A stretch of 64,000 nucleotides of DNA from Hydrolagus affinis (lineage: Eukaryota), in assembly GCA_012026655.1 (NCBI GenBank), contig JAAILG010001022.1, forward strand, positions 1 to 64,000, written 5' to 3'. Shown here piece by piece: positions 25,204 through 38,379 of the stretch. A program made the position numbers and the translations under genes. Position 1 is the stretch's first letter. Every line of letters begins with the position of its first letter. Under the pieces are notes generated by a model, which did not search any database, was not told the DNA's origin, and worked only from the letters and a program-made list of their open reading frames with translations.

Positions 25204-26173
25204 AAAGGAAACATTCTAAGCTTTTCGAACCTTAAACAGCCTACACATATTCTACAAAATTATAACTGTTGTACAAAAATTAAAAATTAAATGTTTGCAG
25301 AACATTTGCAATGTGTTGAGTGGTCAGAGGATAGAACACTGTCCATTTATTGCTAGACCTTGGAAACTACAACAGCAACAACAACAACAAAATTACATTT
25401 GTATAGCCCCTTTCAGGTCAGGAGGACTAGCACAAGTGATGGAAAAAAGACCTACTTTCTTATCTGTACCCTCAGTATTCCTCTACTTAGGAGGGTAGAT
25501 CGAGTCATTTCATGAAACTTGCTGATGAGAAGAGCTACATAGTTAGATATGCAATGTAAAAAAGATTAATAAAGTAGATGACAAGTAATATATTATCATG
25601 AAACACTTTGGGGGAACGTTAAGCAGCATAAATAAAGTGGCAAGTTAATTTTCTTCTCGAATACACAACAAACTTTATCACTGCCATCATTCTGAATGAA
25701 ACGCACATGTTACAGTATATAATTTATCTGTCATAGTCAGTGACAACAGGCACTGAGGAACCAAGCTAATGTGATTCTAAAGTGAGGGTTAGCTGTGCAA
25801 ATCCCAATCAGGTATCAGTCAAGGGTAAGTTAATTTTAATTACATCACTGTACTTCCGAATCAATTTCTTTTCTGTTCTGGGCAATGTTTTACTCTATTT
25901 TTAAGAACTCAATTTATTCAAATCATTTCTGCAAACGCAGATGGCACCCAATCAAAATTCTAAGCAGACACCATTAGAAATTAAAACATCTTGCAAAATT
26001 CGAAGCTGAAGGTTACTTGAGTAATAGGCTGAATGTCCTATATTCGCTCGGAAGCTGATTACACAGTTTCCCTGAGGCTATTGCTGTACTGTGCTGTGTG
26101 TGGTACACATTGCCCTGTGAATATACAGTACCATGTTAATCAGGGAGGGGGATTAAGGTAAACTCAGTTCGCA

Positions 26174-26525
26174 CTCCTGTAGCCGCTCAAAAGAGCACTC
26201 GCCTCGCAAGAGAGAAACCTGGGTTTGATTTCCACCTGGTCGAAATGTGGGGCAAGTTTCCTTACTCCACACGCCTCTGTTTACCTGGCAGGAAACAGGT
26301 TGTTGGTCGATTGGTGGGTCAATCAGCAGATCACTCTTCCAGGGATAGTAATTCCTTCCAAAAAGAATTGCACTTCAATCCATGACTCTTTGCGTGGGAC
26401 GCTGCTGTGCGCAATTGGCTGCCACGCTTTGCCCACAAAATATGCAGTCAGTCCACTTTACAGTATATTCTCTGAAGCGCTTTGAGACCCCTCAAAGACG
26501 TGATACAATACAAGGATTATTATTA
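26174..26525 (+). mobile_element. tRNA-derived SINE, longer/older subfamily
   Basis: Extra internal block shared with 3557-3926; anticodon-equivalent loop CTCGCAA. Confidence 0.85.
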
Positions 26526-26642
26526 AATGTGTAAAAACAGTTTGACAAATAAAAGTGAATATCAAGTTTATCAAGTGGTTAGAAATTCCCAGTAAATTTG
26601 GTTAATTCCATGTCATTCAATTATTTCTATCAAACAGTCAAG

Positions 26643-27206
26643 GTTTGAGATGACCAATTTCCTATTGTTTTTTTGAGGAATTACAACAACAACAACTTAA
26701 ACTTATAAAGCGCCTTTCATGTCGGGAGGACGTCCCAAGGCGCTGCACAGGAGGCGTGTGACCCAAGCTGGGAGGGGAGTGTTCGGGAAGGGGTGAAACA
26801 CGTAGGGGAGGTCAAAAAGTTCGGTGGGGAACAAAAGGCACGGTCGAAGAGGAAAGTCTTCAAACCGGCCTTGAAAGAGGAAAGGGAAGAAACAAGGCGG
26901 AGGGATTGGGGGATGGAATTCCACAGGGTGGGAATGGAAAATTACAATCAGGAGTGTAGAGTGAGGAAACTTGCTCAAGGTTTCACCCTGCCTGGAAGCA
27001 CACCCAGGACTTTCGCTTGATAGATTTTTTATGGATAGAGGGATTAGGGTTATGGGGATAAGGAGGGCAGATGGAGTTAGATTAGAAGATCATCCATGAT
27101 TTTATTGAATGGCGGGGGTAGGCTCAAGGGACTGAATGGCCTAGTCCTGCTCCTTACTCTTATGTTCTTATGAGGTGAGTGTTCTAACCACTGAGCTTCA
27201 GGACTC
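26643..27206 (-). mobile_element. SINE 5' half interrupted by an L2 fragment (~26687-26939, -) and a CR1 3' end (~27017-27170, +)
   Basis: SINE sequence resumes colinearly after each insert; AATTACAA is duplicated around the L2. Confidence 0.85.
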
Positions 27207-27559
27207 TACAGAGCAAATATAATACAGCAAATGAGAATAAAGTTGAACCCTGTTTGATCCAATTTTCTCTCCTTATACCTCATGTCATGTCTCACCCAAG
27301 TGGCCATTCCTCATTTGTGAACCTAGTCCGTAAATGTTGGCTTAGTATCCACTCATTGTCCAGAACAGATCATATTTTTATGGAAGTTCAACATATGTTT
27401 TCCTCCAACGCAAACCAATCAGTAATAATTGGGCTGATTTCCTCCCACGACAGGAAGGAAGTTGAAGCCAGTTGTAATGTCCAATTACTCAACCAAGATC
27501 AGTTAACTTGCTATGAAAGGAAATGATAATCCTTTGTGGTCTAAGTAAATGCAGCTCTG

Positions 27560-27890
27560 CAAACTCATCTGACAGGAACATAGAACGAGATTAAATTTGC
27601 AATAATGGACTTTTTAATATTTATTCATTTATTTATACTGCTTTGAGGAAATGAGATGGAGAATAGCAGATACCCAAGGGTGATTAGAAAGTAGTAATTG
27701 ATGTTTGATGATGTCTGCAGTGAAGGATTAATGACTGTAATGTAATTAATGCAGGTTTATTGACTTATAAGCTGCAGTTGGAAATTGCATAGTAAACATC
27801 ATAAACAATTTTTTTTTCTCACGATTGCTGTGAGGGGGAAACGCAGACTGCATTTCAGAAAATGTGTCAACAGATTTTATATTTTTTTAG
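27560..27890. promoter_or_regulatory. Candidate conserved non-coding enhancer
   Basis: Repeat-free block dense in TAAT/ATTA cores, with a TTTATTG (posterior Hox/Cdx-type) motif. Confidence 0.4.
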
Positions 27891-27913
27891 GCATGGGTTT
27901 GCGGTTCTTTTAT

Positions 27914-28230
27914 GGAGTCCTGTAGCTCAATGGTTAGAGCGCTCGCCTTACAAACGTGAAACCTGTGTTTTGAATCCAGGCAGTTCAGGATGAAACCTTG
28001 GGCAAGTTTCTTTACTCCACACACATGCCTAATTATAATCCGTCCAAAAATAACCTATAATAAAAAATTGGTCATTTTCAATCCAGGACTGTTTGTGGGA
28101 CACTGCTGTGCGCAATTGGCTGCCATGTTTTGCGCACAAAAATAGGCAATTCACTTTACAGTATATTCTTTGAGACATCTAGAAGATGTGAAAAGCACTA
28201 TATGAAAATGCAAAGATTATTATTATTTAT
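27914..28230 (+). mobile_element. tRNA-derived SINE, main family, full length
   Basis: Family match. Confidence 0.93.
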
Positions 28231-29369
28231 TAGTTTAATTTCAGGGTAAGTTCACCAGTTTGGAGGTCAGACTAACGTTAGCAGAAACTTGGAAGACAGT
28301 AGCTTGAGCAAAGTTAAAATATTTCACATTCATTATTTAAAAATTGCTTAGCCTAACTCCCCCAAATCCCCGATAGTTGAAATTTATTAAAGAGCATAAC
28401 GGAGTAATCTATGAAAAATTGCACAGCTGTGAAAGCTGATTGAAAAATTAGCATTTAACATTAGGTCTGACCTATAGTTGGTGAGAGAACTGAGTGAGAT
28501 TTAAGTGTACAGCAGATTTATGATGGAGAGCTTGGATGTAGCATCAATTGCTGGTTGTAAAGAAGGTTGAGTAGCCCGAGGTTGCCCAAAAGTACAGGAT
28601 GTGGCCTACTATTTAACCGTTCATGCGCCTGCCACAAATCCAATAATACATCTAAATCACAAAGGATTACTGTACAAATGGCCTTAGAGGGATATCGTGC
28701 ATCGCTGCACGCAGTTCCTGGAAGGAATACACAATTCATTTATCGAATTAACTCCAAAGATGCATCTATTTGTGACACAGAGAAGTGTGGACAGTTGGCT
28801 CCCAGGAGATGTAGGCTGCACGGCGACTTGTTTGCCTTGTGTTACAACTCTACAGTACCCTGGAAGGGAATCATTCAAACCAGGTGCCGGCCAAATTGAA
28901 GGTCCTCAATGCTGCGAAATGAAGCGTACTAGATGACACGATTTCATCTTCAAAACCTTTCCTGTCGATGTACTTATAGATTTTCTAAAGCAACTTCTGA
29001 CCACCACTTTAAATATTTTCTGCTACAATTTGCAACAAATTAATAATTCATCAAGCAATTACTTAATTCTACATTTACTCCAACCAGACAAGACATACAG
29101 AGAGAGGTCCACAGAACCCAGCATTCTTCTCTGACCAAGTTAATGAATTGTTTATTTTGATCATTTTTGTTGACTCTGCGTTCTCAAGTTTCCAGTTAAG
29201 TTACTTTTTTGGGAAAAAAAACAGACATTTTGACTTGACTGTGTCTTAATTATCCAGATCAGATACATATCACAGTAATGTGTGCTACATTACACATGGG
29301 AAAATCCTCTTATCTCATCCTTTCAGACCTCTGCCCTTGTAAATACAGTCTTATCTACAGCCTTATTTA

Positions 29370-30090
29370 ATTTGCCAACATCTCCTTGTTAGCCATTTTG
29401 TTAATAGTTACAATTAATTCAATCAGAGCAGCAGATCTCTGTGAAACGACATCCAGTAATTGCATTCTGCCTTTAATCAGGCCTAATAAGTTCCTCTGCA
29501 CAATTCTGGATGTTTTTTTTTGGTTCCGCTGTGTTTTAGATTTCTCTAAATTTCACCCTTGCAGACGTATCTAATTAAGATGAGCTTATTAGTTCATTGT
29601 TTGGCACATTTAATCACCTACTTGGTGAGTCTCACTTGTTTCTGTTTTCCACATAGGCAAATAATGAAGCTAATAAATTTACAATTTCTTTTGGGGCTTC
29701 CTTGACTTCAATTGAAACCTAGTTATTCATCCTTTTATTTATCATTCATAATGTCATTAAGTGTAGTGCCATGCCAATTTTATTCAAACAAATGGTACAA
29801 ACCGGGTGACATTTGCAGCGTATTTCAGGCAAAGGAACCATTTGCATTTATCTGATAAAAAATCATTGGAGAATGATGAAATCTATTTCAAATATCATTC
29901 CTAGTTCCAGGATTAATGCGAACCCGAAGCCTCTTTAAATGAACTCCCAATTCCTACTGTTCACAGTTGCTGAATTTTAAGCAGCTTCAAAGATTTCATT
30001 TCCAATTATCTTTCCATTTCTGGAATCCATCAGATGAAGCAATGGCTTGCTAATTATTCTTCTCTTTCACAAGTTGTCTTTAGTAAACAA
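29370..30090. promoter_or_regulatory. Candidate conserved non-coding enhancer
   Basis: Long repeat-free, homeobox-core-rich block (TAATTA, TTAATC, GGATTA). Confidence 0.4.
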
Positions 30091-30191
30091 TTAACTAAAA
30101 AGCCATCAAAAAATAATTTTTCCTTGTTGATTTAATATTGATGAACATTTGCTTATTCTTAAATATGTATGTATAGATATATATAGATATA

Positions 30192-30420
30192 CGGGTATCC
30201 CTCCCTAACCGCGGGGGAAACATTCCTCTAAACCTCCGCGGTTGGTAAAATCGCGGTTGGAAAATGCAGGGCCCTATGGGAAACATGGGGATAGGGGAAG
30301 TAAGTTTGCGTTTCGTAGAACTAAACACCAAAAAAACACATATAGTTATAACATACGTGGGGATTGGGGGAGTAAGTTTGGGCGCATCCGCAGCAATCCG
30401 CGAGGCTGTCTCAAAACCTC
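30192..30420. mobile_element. Tc1/mariner Tigger/pogo-like (MER2-type) DNA transposon end
   Basis: Starts after a TA in a TA-rich run with CGGGTATCCCTCCCTAACCGCGGGGG; repeated CCGCGG/CGCGG subterminal motifs; CpG-rich; no second end visible. Confidence 0.6.
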
Positions 30421-30640
30421 AAAACCATCCTCTTCAGTCCCATCGGTTACCTCCTTTCCCTCCACCCTCCCCGATCCAGACCCCAGCTTGGGTCTGAAAT
30501 ACAACAATAACAACAAAATTACATTCATAGAGCACCTTTCATGTCAGGAGGACATCCCAAGGCACCAAAAAGCGCTTTGGGATGTCTCCCGACGTGAAAA
30601 GCGCTATCTATACAAATGTAATTGTGTTGTTGTTGTTGTA
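30420..30640 (+). mobile_element. LINE2 3' fragment with an opposite-strand L2 tail nested at ~30501-30566
   Basis: CTCAAAACCATCCTCTTC ORF2 end, then an (AAC)n tail on the minus strand, then the plus-strand tail ending in (TTG)n. Confidence 0.8.
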
Positions 30641-32854
30641 GTTCAATTTCCACGATGTCAGCTCTATCTCTGAATCTGTGTAGCCCAATATGTTTCTACA
30701 CAAACTTTTCAGAAAGACACATATTAAACTGCATACTAGATGTAGAAGTTGATTATGGGGTCTTAACAATACCATGAAATCTGCTGTAAAATCATATCCA
30801 CTACAGTGGGTTCAGTCTGTGCTTCATAATCTATGAGGCTACTTTAAGGTGGTATCCGTTATACTGAATCAGATTGAGTCTCGCAACTAAAACGTGTAAT
30901 AGGTAACTGCAATAGTAATTTAGGCTTTGCTGGTAGCCAGATGATTGAACCGATTGCTGAATAAAATATAAAATGTGACTTTAATTAATACCATTGGGAA
31001 GATGAAAGAATTTGTAAATTTTACTGCTGTGACTGAATATCCAAATCAACACAGAGATTGAAAATACTACCTTGCGTCGTATTAAATGTGCCAATTAAAG
31101 TCAAAATCCTCACAGGAAGTTGCGTAATACCAAAGAAATTCACTGTTAACATGTAATTGTAAACAAGATCAGAGTAAACAGACCAGGACAATTAAATAGC
31201 CCAACTGTTTTTTTCCCCCTGCCTCCACATCAAAACGTAAGTTCCATAATTATTCCAGAACCTCTGGGAAAGTAAACCAATTTGTATCATGAAACAACTA
31301 AACTGCTTCATATACAGTTGTTTGGTCTCTCATTTTCTGCCAGAATGTGCAATATGCAATTGTCTTTCTCGTTCATGTTAGAAACGCTAGAAAATGATAT
31401 TGTGCAGCAACACAAAACCACACTTGTTTTGTTTATCGAGCAAAGTTATTATAAATCATTGAATCCCACAACAGCAGGTTGTGCAAGAGCAAAACAAATA
31501 ATGAAATTGAGCAAATAGACTTTCGTAAAACCTACCCATTGGAATTCTCAGTAAAATAATAATGTTTGCTTTATTAAATAGAATCAGCTGTCAGAAATTC
31601 CGAACAAATATAAATTTTCATGCCATTCCTCACAATAATGAACCCAGTTCATTTCTTCCAAGGCTGTTGTACTGTTATTGGATTCGGGTCCCATTTGTTG
31701 TTCTCATCCATGTAAAGCCATCAGGCAATTTTCAGTTTTTTAATTTACTTTATGTTAATAATTTAGGTTTATCCTCATAAGAGCGGTGCGTCAATAATAA
31801 GCCTGACGTTCGGTACATCGCCTTTCATGTTGGGAGGACATCTCAAAGCGCTTCAGAGGAATTACTGAAAAGTCACTTCGTGCAAAGTAATGTAAAACAG
31901 CCAAGGCTTAAAGAGCAGAAAGCCAGCTGAACAAATACATAAATCAATCAGTCACTCAGTCAATTATAGTTGCCTTGTGAGATCAGTTTACAAGTAGCCT
32001 TAAATCTGAAGCAATCCTTGTCATAATATCAGGTACATAACCTGCCATAGATTCAGTTTTAGTGAAATACAACATTGAAATTATTTTAAAACTCTGCAAT
32101 ATGTGATTGACTTGCAGCAGCGGGTTGAATCTGCGTTATGTCTTGAAAATTGATGATTGACCGATAGAATTGGCCTTTGGGCTCATTCCTCTAAGCACCT
32201 GGCTTATCTTTGTTTAGCAAGAGAGTACACGCACTGATATTACTGCTTAGAACAGGTGTCTGTTGAGAACGTGATTTCAATTTAAACTGCTTTCACCTGA
32301 GGGTTGGTTGTTCATTATCTCTCAAAACAGCAGAGAATCCACAACAGAAAACTAACATGGTGATAAAATGGTGAACCGCATTGTAGCAGCAACAATTGAA
32401 GCACCAAACTACCATCTCTGGCTACTTCTCGTTATGTCAGATCGTGAATCGTGTCCGAATAAAAACATTGGCTAACCTTGCGTTCACATCAGCACAGTTG
32501 TGCCCGAGTCTTCAGCATTCACCACATGTACTCACTTGATATGTGGCTACATGACACATTTTGCATATTTAACATTCTATAGCTCAGTGCGTCATCGAAA
32601 GCGCACTCGGCAGAGAACAAAACACAAGGAAAGCAATGTCCCACATTGAAGCCATAAAGCGAGCGACCAATTTTTTATTTGTGCTATTGTTGACCAAGGT
32701 TTATGTTCTTATATGCGGTGTACAGTTTGGGACATGACATGTTGGGCAAAAGGGGGGAACTGGGTGGATCTTAGATTTCTTTTGTCTGGCAATTCTTATG
32801 TCTGCACAAAACACAAAAAAAATTCCAAATTTTTATTTATTTATTCACAAATAT

Positions 32855-33320
32855 AAGACAACAAAATTACATTTGGATAGCGCCTTTCACGTCAGGAATG
32901 TCCCAAGGCACTGTACAGTTACTGCTTCAGACTTGAGCTGGGGACGGGGAGGAAGGAGTTGCCAATGGGTCCATCGAAGAGGAGAGTCTTGAGGCAAGAC
33001 TTGAAGGAGGCCAGGGATAGGGCGAGGTGGAGGGTCTTCGGGATGGAGTTCCAGAGGTTAGGGGCAGAGTGACTGAAGGCTCGCCCACCAATGGTTGGGC
33101 GGGTGGGTGGGGGACGTGGAGCAGGCCAGAGCCTTCTGAACGGAGGGGGCGGGCAGGTTGGTAAGGGGATAAGAGGTCACGGATGTAGGGTGGACGAGGT
33201 TGTGGAGGGCTTTAAATGTGAGGACCAAGATCTTGAATTGATCTCTGGATCTCTGAAAAGATCTCTGGATGATGGAGAGCCAATGGAGTCGGGTAAGGAT
33301 GGGATAGCTGGGGTCATGGT
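32855..33320 (-). mobile_element. LINE2 3' fragment
   Basis: Tail plus ORF2 end; minus strand contains ATTTAAAGCCCTCCACAACCTCGTCCACCCTAC and CTCTGGAACTCC. Confidence 0.9.
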
Positions 33321-33324
33321 GTTT

Positions 33325-33427
33325 ACAATCAATTTACTTTACAATATATTCTGTGAAGCGCTTTGAGACATCTAGAAGACGTGAATAGTGCTATATCAAA
33401 TGCAAGGATTATTATTATTATTATTAT
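33325..33427 (+). mobile_element. SINE 3' tail
   Basis: Family tail with (TTA)n. Confidence 0.88.
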
Positions 33428-34644
33428 GGAATAGCCCAGTAGAATCTTTAATATCCAACTGAACTGGCAGACAGGTCCTTGGTTTAAGGTCTGTGTTGTG
33501 TTAAGGTAAGTACTGTGTTGAATTATCAACCTTGACTATGAATTTAGAGAAGTCCATTGTCTACTTTGCCATTCTCTCTTCTCCATCTTTAATGTCCACC
33601 TTAGGACCTTTTGTTTTGAACACATTCTCTGCCACTTTTCACCCTGCTCCCCTACCTCGGGCTACCTGCCAGCCAGCTGTTACAAGTGCTTCAAGTCTGC
33701 TTCCCAACATGGAAAGCGCTATATAAAAGCAACTCGTTGATTTAGTGGATTAGACCCTCTTGAAATCTCCTTTTACACTTCAGTGAAGATTTGAGAATCC
33801 ACAACTCTGCAACTGCCACATGTAGGTTAGGAGAAGAAGCGAGAGTCTTCATTCAGTCCATATAAGAGCTGACAGCGAATGATTTTCTGGTGGAAAACTG
33901 TCTGCACTAATGCGCGCAAGTGGCAAATATGTATTGAGACCTCCTTTGATGCGACTGTGATCTCAAAACCTCTAATAGTAGCATGGGCATTTCATCAATT
34001 GCACAGGATACTGGTGATACACAGCAATCCCTTCTCAGCTCAAGTCGTAAATCACGTTAGAACGCGAACAGAGAATGAATATTTTTTTACGAGTCGCACA
34101 GGTCTGTCCTTTCTGTACTTCAAACATAAGCAAGTGAAGAGCAAAAGGATGTTTGCTGCCACATAAGTAATAGGGAGACAGGCCAATATTAAACAGCCTC
34201 CGAAGCGGATTCCTCAGTGCCCAACCTCAGGAGAGCTGAGCTAACGAACCATTTTATATTATTTACTCAGCTTTGACTTGCTGTGTTCTTACGAGCTACA
34301 GAAAGGCAGCTGCCATGGAAACTTTGCTGCCCTCCTCTGATGCCGAAAGCATCAAATCTTTGACTGAGAACTATTATTCTTAACAATGTATTGGGTAAAA
34401 GTTTGTTCACAAAGTTTGCTCGACTTCATTCTGTCTTCCAGAATAGATTTATTGAGTAACATTGCACGTTTTCACCACTAGGAGATACTGTTGCTTCTCC
34501 TTGGATGCATGCTGGGAATCATGACCTCATTACACCTCATTTGTCCTCCGCGGTTGGGCTATAAAACTGTCCGCAGGACTTTGATTCATGAACAAGCCAG
34601 AATAATGTCTTACTTCAATGCTCCAGGCTTATCTGGAGTTATGT

Positions 34645-35333
34645 GGATTCCTGTAGCTCAGTGGTTGCACAGTACTCGCCTTACAAGCGAGAGACCTGAG
34701 TTCAATTCCAGGTAGGTTCAGGGCAAAACCTTGGACAAGTTTCCTTAGTCCACACGCCTCAAAATAATCCCACAAAAAAAACAATAATAATTTGGTCACT
34801 CAACCCACGACTGTTTATGGGGACGCTGCTGTGCACAATTGGCTGCCGTGTTTTTTTCAAATCCCTCCACTCCTCTGCACCCCCCTATCTCTCTGATCTC
34901 CTCACCCCCCCAACCCACCACCCGCTGCCTTCGCTCCTCTGGGTCTGGCCTCCTCCATGTCCCCCGAGTCCTCCACTCGACCCTCGGTGGCCACGCCTTC
35001 AGCCACTACGCCCCGAGGCTCTGGAACTCCCTTCCTCACTCCCTTCGCCTCACCCCCTCTCTTCCCAGTTTCAGGTCACAGCTGAAGACCTTTCTCTTCG
35101 ACCGGGCTTTTGGTCACCTTTCTGCCCCTGCCCCTGGCTCGGTCCCGGGATCCGTTATTGTAAAGCGCTCTGAGATGCTGTCTGGCGCGGAGGGCGCTAT
35201 ATAAATCAAAGTTGTTGTTGTCGTGTTTCGCCCACATATAGACAGTCAATCCACTTTACAGTATGTTCTGTGAAGCGCTTTCAAACGTCTCAAAGACACG
35301 ATAAGGCACTGTATCAAATGGAAGGATTATTAT
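34645..35333 (+). mobile_element. tRNA-derived SINE split by an L2 insertion
   Basis: Head and body to 34853; resumes at 35222. Confidence 0.92.
34854..35221 (+). mobile_element. LINE2 3' fragment with ORF2 C-terminus
   Basis: Encodes FKSLHSSAPPYLSDLL, then after a frameshift LRSSGSGLLHVPR...GGHAFSHYAPRLWNSLP...FRSQLKTFLF; target duplication CGTGTTT. Confidence 0.93.
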
Positions 35334-36257
35334 TTACTTGAAAGGCTGGCTGATTTACATACTTTGCTCTTTGATAACACCAATCTGTGAGACAGATAAC
35401 AATCTGCAGTAACATCAAACGATTGCGTTATTGAACCATGGTGCTGTCTACTACGTGTGACTTTTAGGCAAATGGAGTCAATGAGATGACTTTTGAAATG
35501 ATTTTTTTTCTGTAAAATGACATATTTGGCATATTCCACATGTAACAGCAGGTACAGTCACGTCCGAATGAATTCCGAGATATCTTTCTGGCATTTTGAG
35601 CATTAGAATCCTCTCGTGGTGATCTCGCTTGACAGCAGCGTATTTTCACATATGTAAAAATAAATCCCGTCTTCACTGCAAGGAGGTTTCATTTCACATG
35701 CGATACTAAGTACTGACGGAATATTTTACCTTCAGAACTGTTCATCACTGTGAACGGAAAACACAGCGGTGAGTTGGAGAATGTGGAAACTGACATATTG
35801 AACCCTTGAATGACTGCAGTCACATGAACCCCCCTCCCCGCCCCTGCAAAACCCAACATAAAATTACGATAGGGATCTTTTTATTGATTTAGAGAATTCT
35901 GTGCACAAGGCTGACACGGATGGATGCAATTTTTGTGTGCAGTGTCTTTGTGAACGAATGGAAAAAGTGTTTGCCAAACAGGCAAGGTCCCTTTCATTTT
36001 GAAAGAAAATCAGATCAAATTGTATCTTATAGCCAGACCAGTTCAATCTAATTTGCATTGAACTGGTTGTCTTACCGGTCATACAGACTTCGCTTTACTC
36101 ATGAAGAATATTTCATTTACAAGTACATTTAATCAATAAGACTACAGCATTCCAGAAAAACACGACATTTGATATTTTGGTGCATGATCTACGGAATTGA
36201 ACAAATCTTCTGGGTCTTGGTGGTGAATTAGCTTTCAGTGAGTGATATATATATAAT

Positions 36258-36395
36258 ATTTAGTCATTTAATCCATGACTGAGGGACACTGCTTTGTGCA
36301 ATTGGCAGCCACATTTCACCCACAAAATATACAGTCAATTCACTTTACAGTATATTCTTGTGAAGCGCATTTGGACCTCTCAAAGACGTGATAGA
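36258..36395 (+). mobile_element. SINE internal/3' fragment
   Basis: Family body. Confidence 0.8.
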
Positions 36396-36595
36396 CGTAT
36401 GGATGTTGGACAAACTATGGACAAGCCCAGAGAGCATTGTGGTATATAATACAGTACTGCATTGCCAAGCTTCGTACAGAAGTAGAAATACTTGCGTACA
36501 TTTATGATTGCATATTATCTTAGCGATCCTGCTTATTATAAGCAAAACTTATTATATGCCTTAAATGTATCAAGTACCAACGTTTCTGCGCTTTA

Positions 36596-36810
36596 TAATA
36601 ATAATAATAATCCTTGCATTTGATATTGTGCTTTTCACATCTTCGAGACATCTCAAAGCGCTTCACAGAATATACTGTAAAGTAAATTCATTGTATATAA
36701 GTGGGTGAAAACGCAGCAGCCAATTGCGCACAGTAGTGTCCCACAAACAGTTGTAGATTGAAACAACCAATTTATTATTGCTTTTTTTGATGGATTATTA
36801 TTAGATGTGT
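36596..36810 (-). mobile_element. SINE 3' two-thirds
   Basis: Family tail and body. Confidence 0.9.
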
Positions 36811-36949
36811 AACGCATCTTGCATTCAAAACCTGTTGCGATCCTTTGCAGATTGTCTTCTTTTGGTTTTGTTTGTGTGTTAAGTCCGTAGAAGGAGATCA
36901 TTTATTTTTATGAATCAGAAAACATACTTTTTTCAAACAGCAAATGAAA

Positions 36950-37330
36950 TAATAATCCTCGCATTCGAAGTAGCGTTTCTGGCATTGGGCAGAAGTCTCA
37001 AAGGGTTTCACAATAACTTGCTTTGATTTGTCACTGTGTAATTTATAGGTCAACCCAGCAGCCAATATGCATATACTGTATCAACAGCTGCGAAGTTAAT
37101 CACCAATATTATTTGGAGGATTGTTAGCCTGCATGAGAAACTCCCTTTTCTTTTCGCCATGGAATCTTTATCATCCACCTGAACAGGCAGATATGGCACC
37201 TGAGTTCAACATCTGATCTAAAGAACAAGGTAGCATCTGCAGTACTCAGCACTAGTTTTCAGCGTTAGCCTCAATGGTTGATTCAAAGTTACGATGTGAG
37301 GCTTGAACGCACGGAGGCAAGAGCCAGGCT
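36950..37330 (-). mobile_element. Old Deu-domain SINE relic
   Basis: CCATGGAATCTTTATCATCCACCTGAACAGGCAGA...TTCAACATCTGATC. Confidence 0.7.
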
Positions 37331-38064
37331 GTCACCTAATGGAATCACGAGGTGGCTGACATTGGATCGGAGGCTTCGAATTTATTTGCTGCCACCTCGT
37401 GCTGCAAAATGAGTGAAGGTTCCTGCAGTGGGGAAAGGGAAAATGCAAAACTGCAAAGCCACCACATTGATGTTGAAGCAAAAAATATGTCCGTTGAATC
37501 TTTGGCATTGATTTGAAAACCCACTGCAAGTTTTAGAGCAATTCTGGAGATTGTTAAAATGAATTTCTGGTGTGTAAGCTGTACAGAAGTAATCTTTTAA
37601 GAAGCGCATGACAGCTCAGTGAAAATAGTACGTTTTGCACTGCAGCTCAGCGGAACCCAGTAAAAATAATGTCTCCTTGCGATTAAGGTTTAAAAGAAGG
37701 AAGTTTCAAATAATGCTGGATTGTGTTTCGAATTGATTTTTTTAAATATATAATCACGACTTCGTAGAGGTTTCATCAATGTTTAGACAGCAATTGATTT
37801 CCCAGCCTAAATTTGAATGGAATAGCTTTCATTCCTCTGCGTTATCTGATCAGCTGTAATTTATGGTTGTCATCATGTCTTTTAGAAACTTACATGATTC
37901 ACCAAATCACAAAATGGAGCAGTCTGTCATTGTGCCTTTGCTCAGCGCTTTTTACTTCTCCGCACTTTAATGAAGTGACAGTATCGCCAGAAATCACAAC
38001 CTAAACCATCACTATATGACTGTATCTAATCACTTATGGGTATATGTGCTAAACTGTAGACAAC

Positions 38065-38190
38065 TTGTCTGCTGCGTTTTGCCCACAAAATATACACTCA
38101 ATTCACTTTACAGCATATCTTGCGAGGCATTTTGAGACGTCTAGAAGACGTGATAAGGCACTATTTCAAACGCAAGGATTATATTATTAT
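38065..38190 (+). mobile_element. SINE 3' fragment
   Basis: Family tail. Confidence 0.85.
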
Positions 38191-38379
38191 AAACTTGCCA
38201 GTATGCGGAGCAACGGCCTGAAAGGAAACTAAAAATGTACCATTCGGTCTTGTTTGATTGTTTTAAAAAGTATCATAGATGTTTCAGATACAGTTTTAAA
38301 AAAAACTCCCTGTAATCGAGTTTCAACACCTCTGAGTGACAAATGCCCTTCACGGTTTTCAAAATTCAAAACAAGGAAT

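Noticed and set aside
34839-35204. 121-aa ORF that looks like real protein
   Set aside because: It is the L2 ORF2 C-terminus in a 5'-truncated insertion
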